Shown here in pieces: positions 1 through 17,200 of a stretch of 64,000 nt of DNA. The notes below the pieces were generated by a model. That model was not told the origin of the DNA. It ran no database searches and was given only the letters and a program-made list of their open reading frames with translations. Origin of the DNA: Klebsormidium nitens. Its lineage: Eukaryota > Plantae > Klebsormidiophyceae. The translations under genes were made by a program, and so were the position numbers. The stretch is from positions 1 through 64,000 of the forward strand of contig DF237224.1 in the NCBI GenBank assembly GCA_000708835.1, read 5' to 3'. How positions within the stretch are numbered: position 1 is the first letter of the stretch; each line of letters begins with the position of its first letter.

Positions 1-2211
1 TCCTGTCGAGAACGAGGTTAGGCTTAACCAGTCGTAATCGTTACAACTTTGCTTTCTGAACCTTTTCCAGTCGCGCTCCTCTTTGCTCCACACCCTCCCC
101 TCCCTGGCCCCGCTGGAGCCAACCAACTCCAGCCACTATCGTTGAAAGCTGACAGGTACCGAAGTGGTCCCTGCCAAGAAATGATATACCGATAGTCAAG
201 GGCAGGAAAGAAGATTCTTTACTGCAAAAACTTTGCACAATCTGTATCAGTTCGAAGAGCTACAACAATTCTCGTCCATAAAAAGTGGAGACTGCCTGGC
301 TTGGTTGGCTGCCAGGCGCAATCAAACACTTTTGCAACAGCCATTGGAGAGTAGTAGGTAAAACCCTTCTGAAAGCAGCCAACGTCAAAGAAGAGCAGAG
401 ACTCAAAGCCCAAGGATTTTTAGAGATAACACTGCCACCTATGGCCACTAAGCCGCAAAATTCAAGTACTGTTCCTATGTCTCAGCATCTAATGCTTTCC
501 AAGAAGAAGGTTCAGTAGTAACCAAAGCCACTTTGCCTCAGTTCAAATGACAAAGGCAACTCTGGATTTCTCATTACCCTTCAAGAACTTGCTTGAAGCT
601 TAATCCGGTCTTCCATGCCTCCCTTCTCAGATGTTTAGCAGCTCCTCAGCTCCCAATTGATCAGAACACGGGCAAATTTGGATCCCAAGGAGCCCACATA
701 ATGTAACATTTAAAGAAGAAAGCAAGGAAAAACCCACCGTGCAATTGCTGGTACGCAGACGTGTTTTGCTCAGCCGGAGCGGGGCACGAGCTCGAGCAGA
801 CTTCTTGCTGCACCTTTCTAGCTCTGTATTGCGCACAATCCCTTGTCACAGTATTTGAACAAAGGGTTTTTCTGATTCTCAATTTGCTTCTGTTGCTATT
901 CCCAAGCTTCAGAAGGTAGAAATTTTGCAGGAAGGCCAGCTGGGCGGCCTGCTACTTCCACTTGAAGTCGGAAATTCTTCTGTCCAAACGTGATTCGAAG
1001 AGTTTTACCCAGCTGGGCCCTTAAGTTGGTCCCAGATGGGCACGGAATGCTTCGGTCGTAGACTCGGTGTCAGTGGACTTGATTCATCGGTCAGACTGCA
1101 CAATTTGACTCTGGCTTCGTATTAAATGCAGCGCGGTCGCACACGTGCGGGTCCTTACACAGTGTGCAAAACAGCACAGAATCATTACAGAGGAGCTATT
1201 TCAGCAATGGCTACTTGAGCAAGGAAGGTGTCCCAACAACTGACGCCAAGCCTGAGCTAAACGATTTGCAGGCACCATGAACACCCTAGCATACTCCTAG
1301 CAGAACCCCCAGGTATGCTTGGAAGCTAGTAGACATGCTGCGCTCTCATCATACAGCTAGCTAAAGGCGCCATTCTCAGAGGGTGATGAGGAGCTATTTT
1401 CACAGCCAAAGCAACTCCCCTCTCCTGCAAATGCTTAGGCAGGCGTGACGGGGCGGCCAGTGATGTACAGTACGTGAAAGAATATTGTGACGTCAATGTG
1501 ACTCGGCGTGTCAGAAAAGGTCAGATTTGCTGACACATTCCGATACGCCGACTATCAAATATGTTGCAACTTGTCGCGGAATCGACAGACCGGAAATCCA
1601 CCCTAGGTAGCTTGTGTATTGGACCTTGAACAGGTGCAAAAATGATCGACACGCAGCTCCTAGACGTGCATTTTAAATCAAACGTACATAGTGTGCAGAT
1701 GATTGGATTCTTCGATCCGCGAATGATTGACAATTTGATTATAATACAGTAAATTCGGCCTATTGATTTGCACAGCAATCCAACATGACGGTTGCATGCC
1801 GGAAGCCACGCGTCCGACAGCCAACTTCTGAAGTACTACTATTTAGATCAACACGTACGTACGCGTATAGTGCTTTCCCTAGATGGTCAGTGCACTGGCC
1901 GCTTGGCTGCGCCGGTCCGCTCACTGACAACACCGTTCAGAATTTGATCCAAAAACGAGCCCAATCAGCTCGTCGAGTGGGGAACATCGGATGACTCTAT
2001 ACAAGTTGAATTCACTAGCTATACAAATGCCTAAGAAACCTGTTGAATCCTTGGCAACTTGTTATCTGCTATTATTTGACCTTTTAAATAGCTTGGACAG
2101 GGTCTAGAGTCTACAGTAAATACGGGTAGGTACAATGACACTGGTTCTGACGCTTTCATCACTTCGACTTAGAATACAACCTGTGTATACGATTACTTAC
2201 AGCCAATGTCT

Positions 2212-4136
2212 TCAAGGCTTTTTGACGACCGTCACGGGGCACGGAGCATTCGCAACGACATAGGTGCTCACACTCCCCAACAACACCCTGCACATGTGGA
2301 ATAAACGGATTGATTAGTATCGCTGCCCCATCGGCAAGAAGACATCGCTTTGACAGTCATAGTACCCATAAATATCTCCCCTCATAGCCACAACAAATCG
2401 AAACTCGCTATTGCTCTCCATTCGACTACAAAAAACGGATGTGAGCTTGACTTCACAATTCACACATGGCAGCTTTTCAGATGGTACCCTCAACTGCCAA
2501 AGACATAGACCAGTTAAGCAACCCCGCTTGCAGCACAGATTCTTAGAAAGAGTGGGGGGCGGGCTGCTCACCGCTTGACGGAACCGAGGCCGCGGCTACC
2601 CAAGACAAGCAGGTCCGCGGCCACCTGCTGGCACGCTTCCACCACCTTGTCGCGGGGGTCGCCGTAGTGGATCTGGCCCACAACCTCGATCTGGAAATCC
2701 AACAGGGGGCAGTCAGGTAAGGAGAAACAAGCACGCCGCATGTCAAGATCTCTACGCCTTGCTGAAGAGGAGGTTCGAAGCAACATATTGACAGTCTGAG
2801 ATGTTGCAAATCAGGTCTTAGGAAAGACGCTATATAACTCCTTGAACATTTCTCGCAAGTCAGGGGGGATGTAGCACTCTCCTTGTTTTGCGTTGGTTTG
2901 ACGTTAACAGAAGGCGCTTCACATTGAAAAGCTGCTGAGAGGGCTCTGAATCAGCCATGGGCACTCGTTACTGTTCACAAGCAGAGGAACAACTAAAGTG
3001 AGGAAGAATCCAATCTGCAGGTGGTTGACCAACATATATGATAAGCAGGCGAAACACAGTTAGGGGGCCGTAAGTTCCACTTACATTATTCTGCTTGGAC
3101 ACCTTCTGCAGCTTCTCAATCGCGGCGTGGTCCAGCAAATGATACTTCTTCAGGATGTCAAACTCAACGAGGGGGATGTATGCTGCAGCCAGAAAGCTCA
3201 CTTGTCAATGATGTGGCCAGAAGGATTGTCAACAGAAGGAGCCAGACTGGGGCCTTCCGTTCTGCATGCAACCAGGCAAGAAACATGGCTGACGGTGCAA
3301 AGAAGGCCTGACCGGGAACTTCACGGGTTTGCTTCTAAGGTTTAGGGGCACTCACGTGAGCCTTTGGAGCCCCAGAGAGCAGCTTGTCCCTCGTACTCGT
3401 CTGCAAGCCACAAAGGCAAAACATGAGGTGCATGTGGAGAATCTCATGACCTGGAGGCAAATCCCCTGATTGCACTCACAGATTCAGGTTCATTCTTCTT
3501 CGCTGTTCCCATCTCTGGACCATCTGAGGTTTGATGGAACCATATCAGAGGTGGCCTGGGGCTCTTACCTTTTTGAGCCACTGACAGCAGAACAACATTG
3601 TCCCCCGATCTGGCAGAAAAGGATCAACTATGTGAGAGCAATGCTGAAGGAACAAGAAGCCCCACACAATCAAACAATTGGCATCACACTCATCGGCCCC
3701 TTTGCATTGAAACTGTCATTTGTGCTGCCATGAGATCAATGCAGCTGGTCATGTCTGGGCCAATTACCAATACTAGATTCAAACCTGTCAAGAAACAGCT
3801 TCACTTGCTTGCATCAAAGTTTTCTGGTTTGCCAGTGGAGGAAACAGATTCACAAGGTTTCCCCACCTCATATTTCACAATATGGTCATTTCGCACTGGT
3901 TTACAAGTTTGTACGCTGGACAACAACAAAAGATGCAAACTTGAATCAAATCTACAGCTTTCGACTGACTAAATCAGCTGCACCACCAACAATCAGGGAC
4001 TCAATATGTGTGCATGTAAAAAGATCAGCAAAAATCACCTGATCACATTCTCGATTGCCCAATCCAGCGCATACTTTGCGTGGTCAGATGAGTCTAAGGC
4101 TATGACAATATGGCGTTGGGCCGACGACTCCGCCAT
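2212..4136 (-). CDS. Universal stress protein (USP-A domain), 6 exons
   Basis: Exons 4136-4039 (MAESSAQRHIVIALDSSDHAKYALDWAIENVI), 3609-3569, 3400-3356, 3182-3085, 2690-2572 (GDPRDKVVEACQQVAADLLVLGSRGLGSVKR) and 2287-2212 (VLLGSVSTYVVANAPCPVTVVKKP*). All junctions are GT-AG and phase-compatible. It carries the USP motifs G-SRG-G and LGSVS..V..APCPV.VV. Confidence 0.93.
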
Positions 4137-4745
4137 TGACCCTCGATTTGAATGTGGAACGATGGACGGAGGTTACCCTGCAATCTACTTTACAGAAGGA
4201 ATCTAGACTTGTGGAAGTGGTAACTTGTAAGGCTGCAACAACGGCCTGCATGAACGGCTTGAAACTATGAAAGCGAGCAAGCGACACAATGGCTCAGACT
4301 CCTCAGAACTTTTACAAAACTTCCTGTGCCAGCATTAGATTGACGCAAAACGGACAGAAATGGGCGCGCGATGCGTGCATACGTTCTGTGCTGGTAGAAG
4401 AATGTAGCTCATATAGGTAGTTTCTGGCATGTTCATACCATCTCGTATGCCCAATACTTTGACTTGATCCTGTAATATAGATTCGCCTTCCGAAGGGAAC
4501 CAGATTGATGTCCACCCGCTTATATGAGTAACAAAGGCGGCTATGAATTGCTCGAACTGGCAAATATACGGTACCACTAGTAATGAGGAAGAATGTTCAG
4601 CGAGCAAGACAGGCCCTTCCTGGGCAGTCACCTTCAACCTGGTCAGTCGGTTCGGCTATTTATTTTCGCCTGTCCCTCCAGGCGCCAGCCTTGGGCGCAA
4701 GCTTGTCTCCATTTTTGAGCAGGTTTTGCACAGCTTTCGGCCAAC

Positions 4746-6753
4746 ATGATGGAGGCCACAGCGACATCTTCGTTGACGGGGGTGCACTCTCTCGCCGCTG
4801 CCGCTGTCAGTTGCTCTCGGCCGAGCACCTCGTACAGCCATCTTGCTCCATTGCCAACTCCTAGCCAACCCTTCCATTCCTTCCTCCCTGCGACATTCCG
4901 TCACCCCTCCTTCTCTGGACTTCCACACCCTAGGCAGCAACGGTCCTTCCGTTGTGCAGCAAACGCGGAGTCAGACGAGCCTCGGTATCCAAACATCCCC
5001 CGGTTGCGTGACTGGGCAGAGGGGGATGGAACTCGGCGGCTGGCGGCCTGGGAGGAGGCGGAGGTGCCCATTCCCGGGCACTACCAGGCGGAGGTGGCAG
5101 AGAGGGACACCGTGCTGGACAATGCACGCCAGTTCAAAACGCTGCAGGACCAGGCGACTATGGACGGAAATAAGTGAGCGGCGCCGCCTTGGTTCTCTGG
5201 AGGTTGACTAAATGCGATGGCATTAGTGGTCAAGCCTCAGTGTTTCCAGAGTCTTTTCCCTCCCCTGATGCTTTGTTATAAAAGGGTCAACCAGAGGCGG
5301 GAGTGGCCTCGGATATGGACACCGGTCCGAAAGATGCCCATTGGTCTGCACCATGGGTCTGGTGGAGCTTGCTTTCGATAGTGGCTGCTGCGCGTGGCGC
5401 TGATCTCAGATCACCACCTTCAGATGGCCCATCTTCTGCATACTAGTTGGCGTCTTGACTCGGTTCCTGCTGTGTCTGCTACCACCATCGGCATCAAGCT
5501 GAAGGCACAGCAGTTCCTCCTGGGTTGCATACTTCTGAGTGGATGATTTCTTTTCTGGGCCATTTCTATGTTCACAGCGCCCTGCCGTTGCCTTTGAATG
5601 GCAGAGGCCAAAGGTTAAGTACGTCGTCCCCAAAACTTACGGTCTTAGGAGACCACATACTCTCCTATTGCAAAGCTAGTAGATTCCATCATCGTTTCGT
5701 TGCTCCAATTATCCGCGCTCTTCTGACGTCTTCTGCTGCAATCCCTTGTTCCCTGCTGACGGCCCTGCTCGTGGATTCTTGCCAGTTACACGGTGATCCG
5801 GCACCTCGGGCAGCGCGCGGACCGGGACCAATACAACTACCTTCCAGAGCGCCTGCGCTATGGACCACAGGTAAGGGAATTCGACTGTCAGAAGCCGTGG
5901 AAGGAAAACGTGGACTTCACTTTTCATACTGGACCCCCGCACTACTTGGTACCCCTATGCGCGAGCAGCTGGAGGCTAGGCCGCCACGGCAATTGTGACT
6001 TCACGCGTAACCAATGGTAACGTAACCTTATTTACCTGCTCTTGACCGGCGGATCGAATCCACACCGAGGGCTGTACATAGACCTGGTTCCGCGTCCCCG
6101 GGCATGGGAAGAAGAGACCGGGTGATGTTGAATGTAACCAGTCATCTAAGTCGCGCGCGCCCGGGGTACCAAGCAGTGTGGGGGTCCAGAATGAAAACTG
6201 GAGTCCACGTTCTTTTTCCACGGGTTCTGTCAGGACTGAATTTGACTGAGAGCTGTGTCTCAAGACGGCAGGCCGAAATGGGTCAGCCGGGGGATGGGCT
6301 CGAGACTCAAGAATTCTCTTACTTTTGCGAAGGACTTGACTGTTCTACATTTGCAGGGCGTCCTGAGGCCCCATCAGATTTCGCACGCTCTATTCTAAGC
6401 ATATTCGAACCAGTGCCACATGCTCTCGTCCTCTCATCCTTGAGAATCGCCGATAAGAAGGGATGTGCATGACTTGTCAGGGTGCGGCCTGGATTGGAAG
6501 GAGATTCCCTGCCCTGTCCTTTTTTAAAAGCACAATAATATTTTCTTTGCAGCCATACATGGCTGCGACGGACGAGTACGAGGAGCTGATGGCCAACAAG
6601 CTGGTGGAAGTGGAGCCCGTGTTCAAGGAGGAGGCCATGTACCGGACAGCCGTGGCGCGCTGGCTGGGGCAGCCGTCCGGTCGGGAGAAGAGACTGCGGA
6701 GATACCGGGCTCGAAGGGCCCAGGTCGAGGCGGGTCAGAAAGGGAGTGTGTAA
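4746..6753 (+). CDS. Unknown protein of about 240 aa with a plastid-transit-peptide-like N-terminus, 3 exons
   Basis: Exon 1 4746-5173 (Ser/Ala/Pro-rich start ending RSFRCAA, then PNIPRLRDWAEG...MDGN) ends in phase 2 at GTGAG. Exon 2 ~5786-5870 reads YTVIRHLGQRADRDQYNYLPERLRYGPQ. Exon 3 6553-6753 reads PYMAATDEYEELMANKLVEVEPVF...GSV*. Phases fit and codons are GC3-rich. I do not recognise the family. Confidence 0.75.
5885..6233. mobile_element. MITE-like element with 71-bp terminal inverted repeats in intron 2 of the unknown plastid gene
   Basis: 5885-5955 and 6163-6233 are ungapped reverse complements (61/71 identical by manual alignment) around a ~207-bp non-coding core. GA flanks both ends, a possible 2-bp target-site duplication. 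Confidence 0.6.
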
Positions 6754-7733
6754 AGATCGCATGGACGATGTCGTCAAGCTCAAACTAGCTGCCGCTAGGC
6801 TCACATTGTATGACAGCTCAATCGACAGAAGTCAAGTCGGAGCCTTTTCAAACGATAGAGGCTGCCATGCAGTGCAGCCTGTTGAACCAGGCGATTAGAA
6901 AAGCATCAACTTGAATGCAGTGCAGGCTGCCTGTTCAATAAAAGTGCATCACTTGCTTCAGTGGTTTGTCCGGTATGTGCAAGGGGTGACGGTTGGTATG
7001 GATGTGAGAAGCGTATATGAGCAAATGTGCCACGTCTGTCGCGGGTCCGATTTGACCGACTCGGTGCCGCTCCTCTAAAGGGCGGGTGACAAACGCACAT
7101 GATACAACTAGAGCGCGGGCCGCCCGGCCCGCCCGAGGCCCACCCACGGGCCGCATGCGAGATCGAGCGGGCCAACCGCATTGTGGAACATCCAATCATG
7201 ATCGCCTACTGAGCTTATACTTAATTAGTCGATCGGCCTGATATTTTCAGATCCAAATCACTCAAGTGACAGAGAGGCCTGCCAGTGATGAGCATTTACC
7301 ATTAATAGATTGCATGATACATGCATGCATGCCATGAACGTAGGCACGCAAGATTTCTTGCACGAGACTCCGGCCAACCTGATCGTATTGGATAGACCAG
7401 GCTTGCCAGGCAGTGACACAAAGTCAACAGTGCAGCCGGGCTGGCTAGAACTTTCGACTGCGAAGCAACCAGCTTTCTATGTAACGAACAGATCTCAGTG
7501 TGTTCCTTTGCTTGAGCGAGAGGTACCAAGACGGCTTGCCTTCAACCTGTCCGTGCCCAGCTCACGCACTCCCACCATCTTACCTAGCTACTGTTGCACT
7601 ATCCCTGTTATTTGCACGTTCGCAGGTGCAGTGAATCTGATACTTAGTATCACTGGTGAAAGAATGACGTTTCAGCGACAGACAAGAGCGTGACGGACGC
7701 AACACGCAGCCCCTTCCGAAGCACTCCGGGGGA

Positions 7734-13291
<5,558 letters not shown>

Positions 13292-13666
13292 CTAGAAATA
13301 GTATTAGTAGAATCCTGTCTAGGCTCAGCTCAAGCTGAGGCACCATACATGAGTACGCGAGTCGCGAGCGCGCGAAAATACAATTGTACAGTGTACTTGC
13401 CCTGAGCGGCCATTGGCATGAGTCACGTCACGCGGGAGACCGTCTCCAAGACGGTCGCCGAGCTCGCGTGACGCCCGGGCCGCGGCCTGAATCCGAGTCG
13501 GCTCAGTCTCACGCGCGCGCGCCTGGCCGCCCGCGTCTTAATCGCCGCCTGGGAACCGGCTACACTGACTGACAGTCAAGTGCATGGCCGCGCTACAGCC
13601 GCGGACATGCACATGGTGGGCGGCAGACCCGCTCATGCAATTGCATGATGCCTAAAGCATAGTTAA

Positions 13667-13740
13667 GTTGGCTAATATGGGCGTAATATATAGGCGTAAT
13701 ATGGTTGGCTAATATGGGCGCTAATATAGGCGTAATATGC
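13667..13740. repeat. Two tandem 37-bp units built from TAATAT/GGCG sub-repeats
   Basis: GTTGGCTAATATGGGCGTAATATATAGGCGTAATATG is followed by GTTGGCTAATATGGGCGCTAATATAGGCGTAATATG. Confidence 0.85.
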
Positions 13741-14295
13741 ATGTCACATGTGCCTTTTGTAAGCTCTAGCTCATATCGAACCAAGAGAAAGACTCTGAAT
13801 GAAGCAAAAGAGTTCCATCCGTTGATTCGGCGGCCTACGTGATCTCATTAACTCATGAAATTGGTGGAATGATCTGCAGGCCCAAGCTGGAGCCGCCGAC
13901 CGTCCTCCTCAGTCAATGTCAACCCCGGCGGCGGCCAGCAGAGATGACAGCAGAGGCCGTATGTAGTATGGAACATGCTGAATGAATGAATGTTCTCGCG
14001 CACTGTCGCGACCAAGCGACAGAATTTCAGGATGGACCCGGATAGCCTCACTCATGTCATCGATCGTTTGCACGCAATCAGTAAGCTTGGCCCAGAGTTA
14101 ACTGGAGGATATCGAAGCAGCGGCGGACCGTTCACTCAAACCTCAAGTGACCAGACGGGCCTTCTCGCATGCCATGGGTGATTTGGCCCGTTGCTGAAAA
14201 CTTGCGGCGCCAAATGATCAATGTCGCTGGTCAAAAAGTACTCGAAACGTGTGTCCTGATTCTTGGACAACAAGAATGGTGGCTAGACATTCAAC

Positions 14296-17200
14296 CTAGG
14301 ACGCTGCTTTGGCGACTTGTGGGCTGTCTACTGCCAGCCCCATGACGTGGAGGCCGTTGTCAACATACAGAACAGTGCCCGTGATGGAGGACGCCAGGGG
14401 GGACACCAAAAATGCAGCGGCGTTACCGACGTCCTCTGCAGCCAAATCGACGTGCGTCAATGTCAGTGAATACAAAGAAGGAGTCAGATTGAGACAGGGC
14501 AAGCGTATCAAAAGGGCAGGGATTGTTCAGATAAATTGAAGAGGGCGAAATGATCTGCAAAAACTCCGGGTTACATTTCCATATTTACAACAAGATTCTT
14601 CGTCAGGAATACAGACTGCATCGTTACTAAGCAGGGAACCCCGTCGGACCATCGCATAGGGCTAGCTTTGGGGGGACATCCTCGCAGTTGGCAACGTATG
14701 GCTGCAACCAGCTCGATTCAATCGTCCCCCATGCTTGATCGATGATTTTCAAAACAAGGACGGAGCTTCCTAGACCAGCGCCAATCATTGGCCTGCTGCA
14801 AAAGCGAGAACATCTCCTTTCGCCTGACCTGCGGTGAGCTCCTTGGGTAGGGGCGCGTTGGCGGTGGAGTAGTTGATCATGTCGTCGATGAAACCGATGG
14901 CCTTTGCAGCCCGACTCCGCAGGGGGCCTGCACGAGGAGAAGAACGATCAATCAGCGGTTAACCGTTGGATAACGGTATGGGCAACGTCCATTCCGCTCT
15001 GATTCCCGAGGAATCAGAGCTTAGTCGTCTCTGCAATTCTCTCAACGTGCTGACCTATGGGTCTAAAGTACCTTCACATTATGCAGCGGTTGTTCGGCGA
15101 CATTCATACAGAAAGGTTTTCGAGGGGTGACAATCCCCACTGCGAGGCCAATTCACTCTGAGAAGAGGCTGGCATCGTTTCCCGTTTACGATGCCCCACG
15201 CCACTAGCTTCTCACGGGCTACAGGAATCACAAAGTGATCCTCGCAGACGGACAAGTGGAGCAGATCACTTTACGACGACCACCGCATATCAACTCAGCT
15301 CTTCCAACCTTCAGTTCAACCTCTGCTGCAACTTCTTGAACGAGAGCATCAAAAAGCGCTCTGATTCTCGTGGATGGGCACCGTATGTCACACGTTTCTT
15401 GTCGAGAGCTGATGACCGATTTGACTGAACGTACGACGGAAGCGAAAACTTAGCAACGCGGATCTGGGGTTTTCGTGCAAGCTCGAGGTCACGAGATGGT
15501 TTCCTGGGGCTGGCTCACGTCAGCCTCTCACCCCTCATCCCCTTGATTTCGCAATGTTTCCCTCCGTTGAGCATTAAGCACACCCGCTGAGATCGCGGTC
15601 ACGTGCAGGCTCATTTAAGCTACAAATCTTTCGCGTGTCAATCTCGTTCTTTCTTCGCGTTTCCCAAGCACCGGCTGAGCTTCGCTCACCTGCGGAGATG
15701 GTGTTGACCCGCAGGCCGTACTTTCTGCCCGCCTCCCACGCCAGCACCTGCGTGTCGCTCTCCAGCGCCGCCTTGGCGCTGCTCATGCCGCCGCCGTACC
15801 TGCACGCGAATCGGCAACCTCTGTGTCCATTCAGGGCTTTGTTCACCCAGATACAGGTCCCAGAGACGGGTGGGTTAGCTTGAGGATTCAGGGTGGTAAC
15901 GGGTGTGGAGTACGTATAACGTGGGATTAGGAGTAGTTAGGGATGCACCGGGCGGTTGTGAAGACAAGCTCAAATGAATCCAGAATTACCGGTATCCTGC
16001 AAGGACACTTCATCTTTTCTCATTCGTTTGCGAACTTTGAAACGAGAGCCGTAGCAGATTTCTCCTGGGCGTTCAGTTCTACAACAGATTAGAACGGTTG
16101 CACTGGGCCTGTCACGAAGGGACTCAAGTCGAACCGTCAGGAACGCTCTGCAAGGGAACGCTAGAGGACTCAGCTGAGGGAACCGTGCAAACGATGCATC
16201 CGTCGCCTTGAAAACGAGACGCGTACCCTTCAAACCGAAGGGGGGCCTGTGCAAAGCAGAGCTCAGAATATCTTGAGGCCACGACAAAAGACGAAGGGTG
16301 TGGGCATGCCAAGAGAAACGCTTGCGATTGGAACACGACCGCAGAATGGAATTAGCGCTAGGTTTGGGGCCGACCCCGGAAATGATGAGCTCCACAGAAG
16401 GGCAAGAAGCGGTGGCTTGGGAATTGACCTTCCTTACGAAAGGGAAATCTTTGCGGGTTTGCGACTCACCCGGGGATGACCTTCTCTGACGCGAAGTAGG
16501 TGAGCGAGACGGTGGCGCCGCCCTGGGTCATGTGCGGCCCGAAGTGCTGCAGCAGGCTGATGAAGGAATACGCGCTTGCGGACGACGCAGCCAAATAGCC
16601 CCGCCGGGATGTCTCCAGCAGGTTCTTGGTCACCTGGGGTTTAGAAAAGAGTACGATTGGAAAGGGTGTTGTGGGAGACGTGCCCTAAATGGCGACCGGA
16701 TGCCCACAGCTTCACTTTGACAGTCGCCCACAAGGCCACGTGGTCAAAGTTCGTAGCGACCGGCTGTCTGCAGGCGTAAGCTGTATGCTGTGGGGCAGAC
16801 GCATTTCGCGGGGGGCGGAATCCTGTGCCGTCAGATCTCCAGAAAGGCTCTTCCCCGTTGAAGGAGACTTGCATAACGTTGAAGAACGTTATGTTTCTCT
16901 CTTCCTCTGATGTCAAGTACTCATGTCAGGTCCATTGAACTGCTCGCACATATGGTCACAAAGAGACTGTCTCCGCACAGCTGACAAGCGAACGAAGCTC
17001 CCGGCCCGAGCCACTTTCGTTCAAACAGAGCCACCACGGAAGAGCGGACGTGGCAGCTCAATCGGGCGCTAGGACACAAACTTGGTCACAAACTCTTCTT
17101 ACAACACCGCAGACCGGAAAGATTGGATAGACATGGCGCGTAGTAAGCGGCTCGTTGGGTGGCAGGGCTTACCTCGGGGCCGTTCGCAAGCGAGTGTACC

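Noticed and set aside
5294-5530. Coding-looking stretch in intron 1 of the unknown plastid gene as an extra exon
   Set aside because: All three frames hit stops from the nearby acceptors, while exon 1 joins the ~5786 exon in phase without it.
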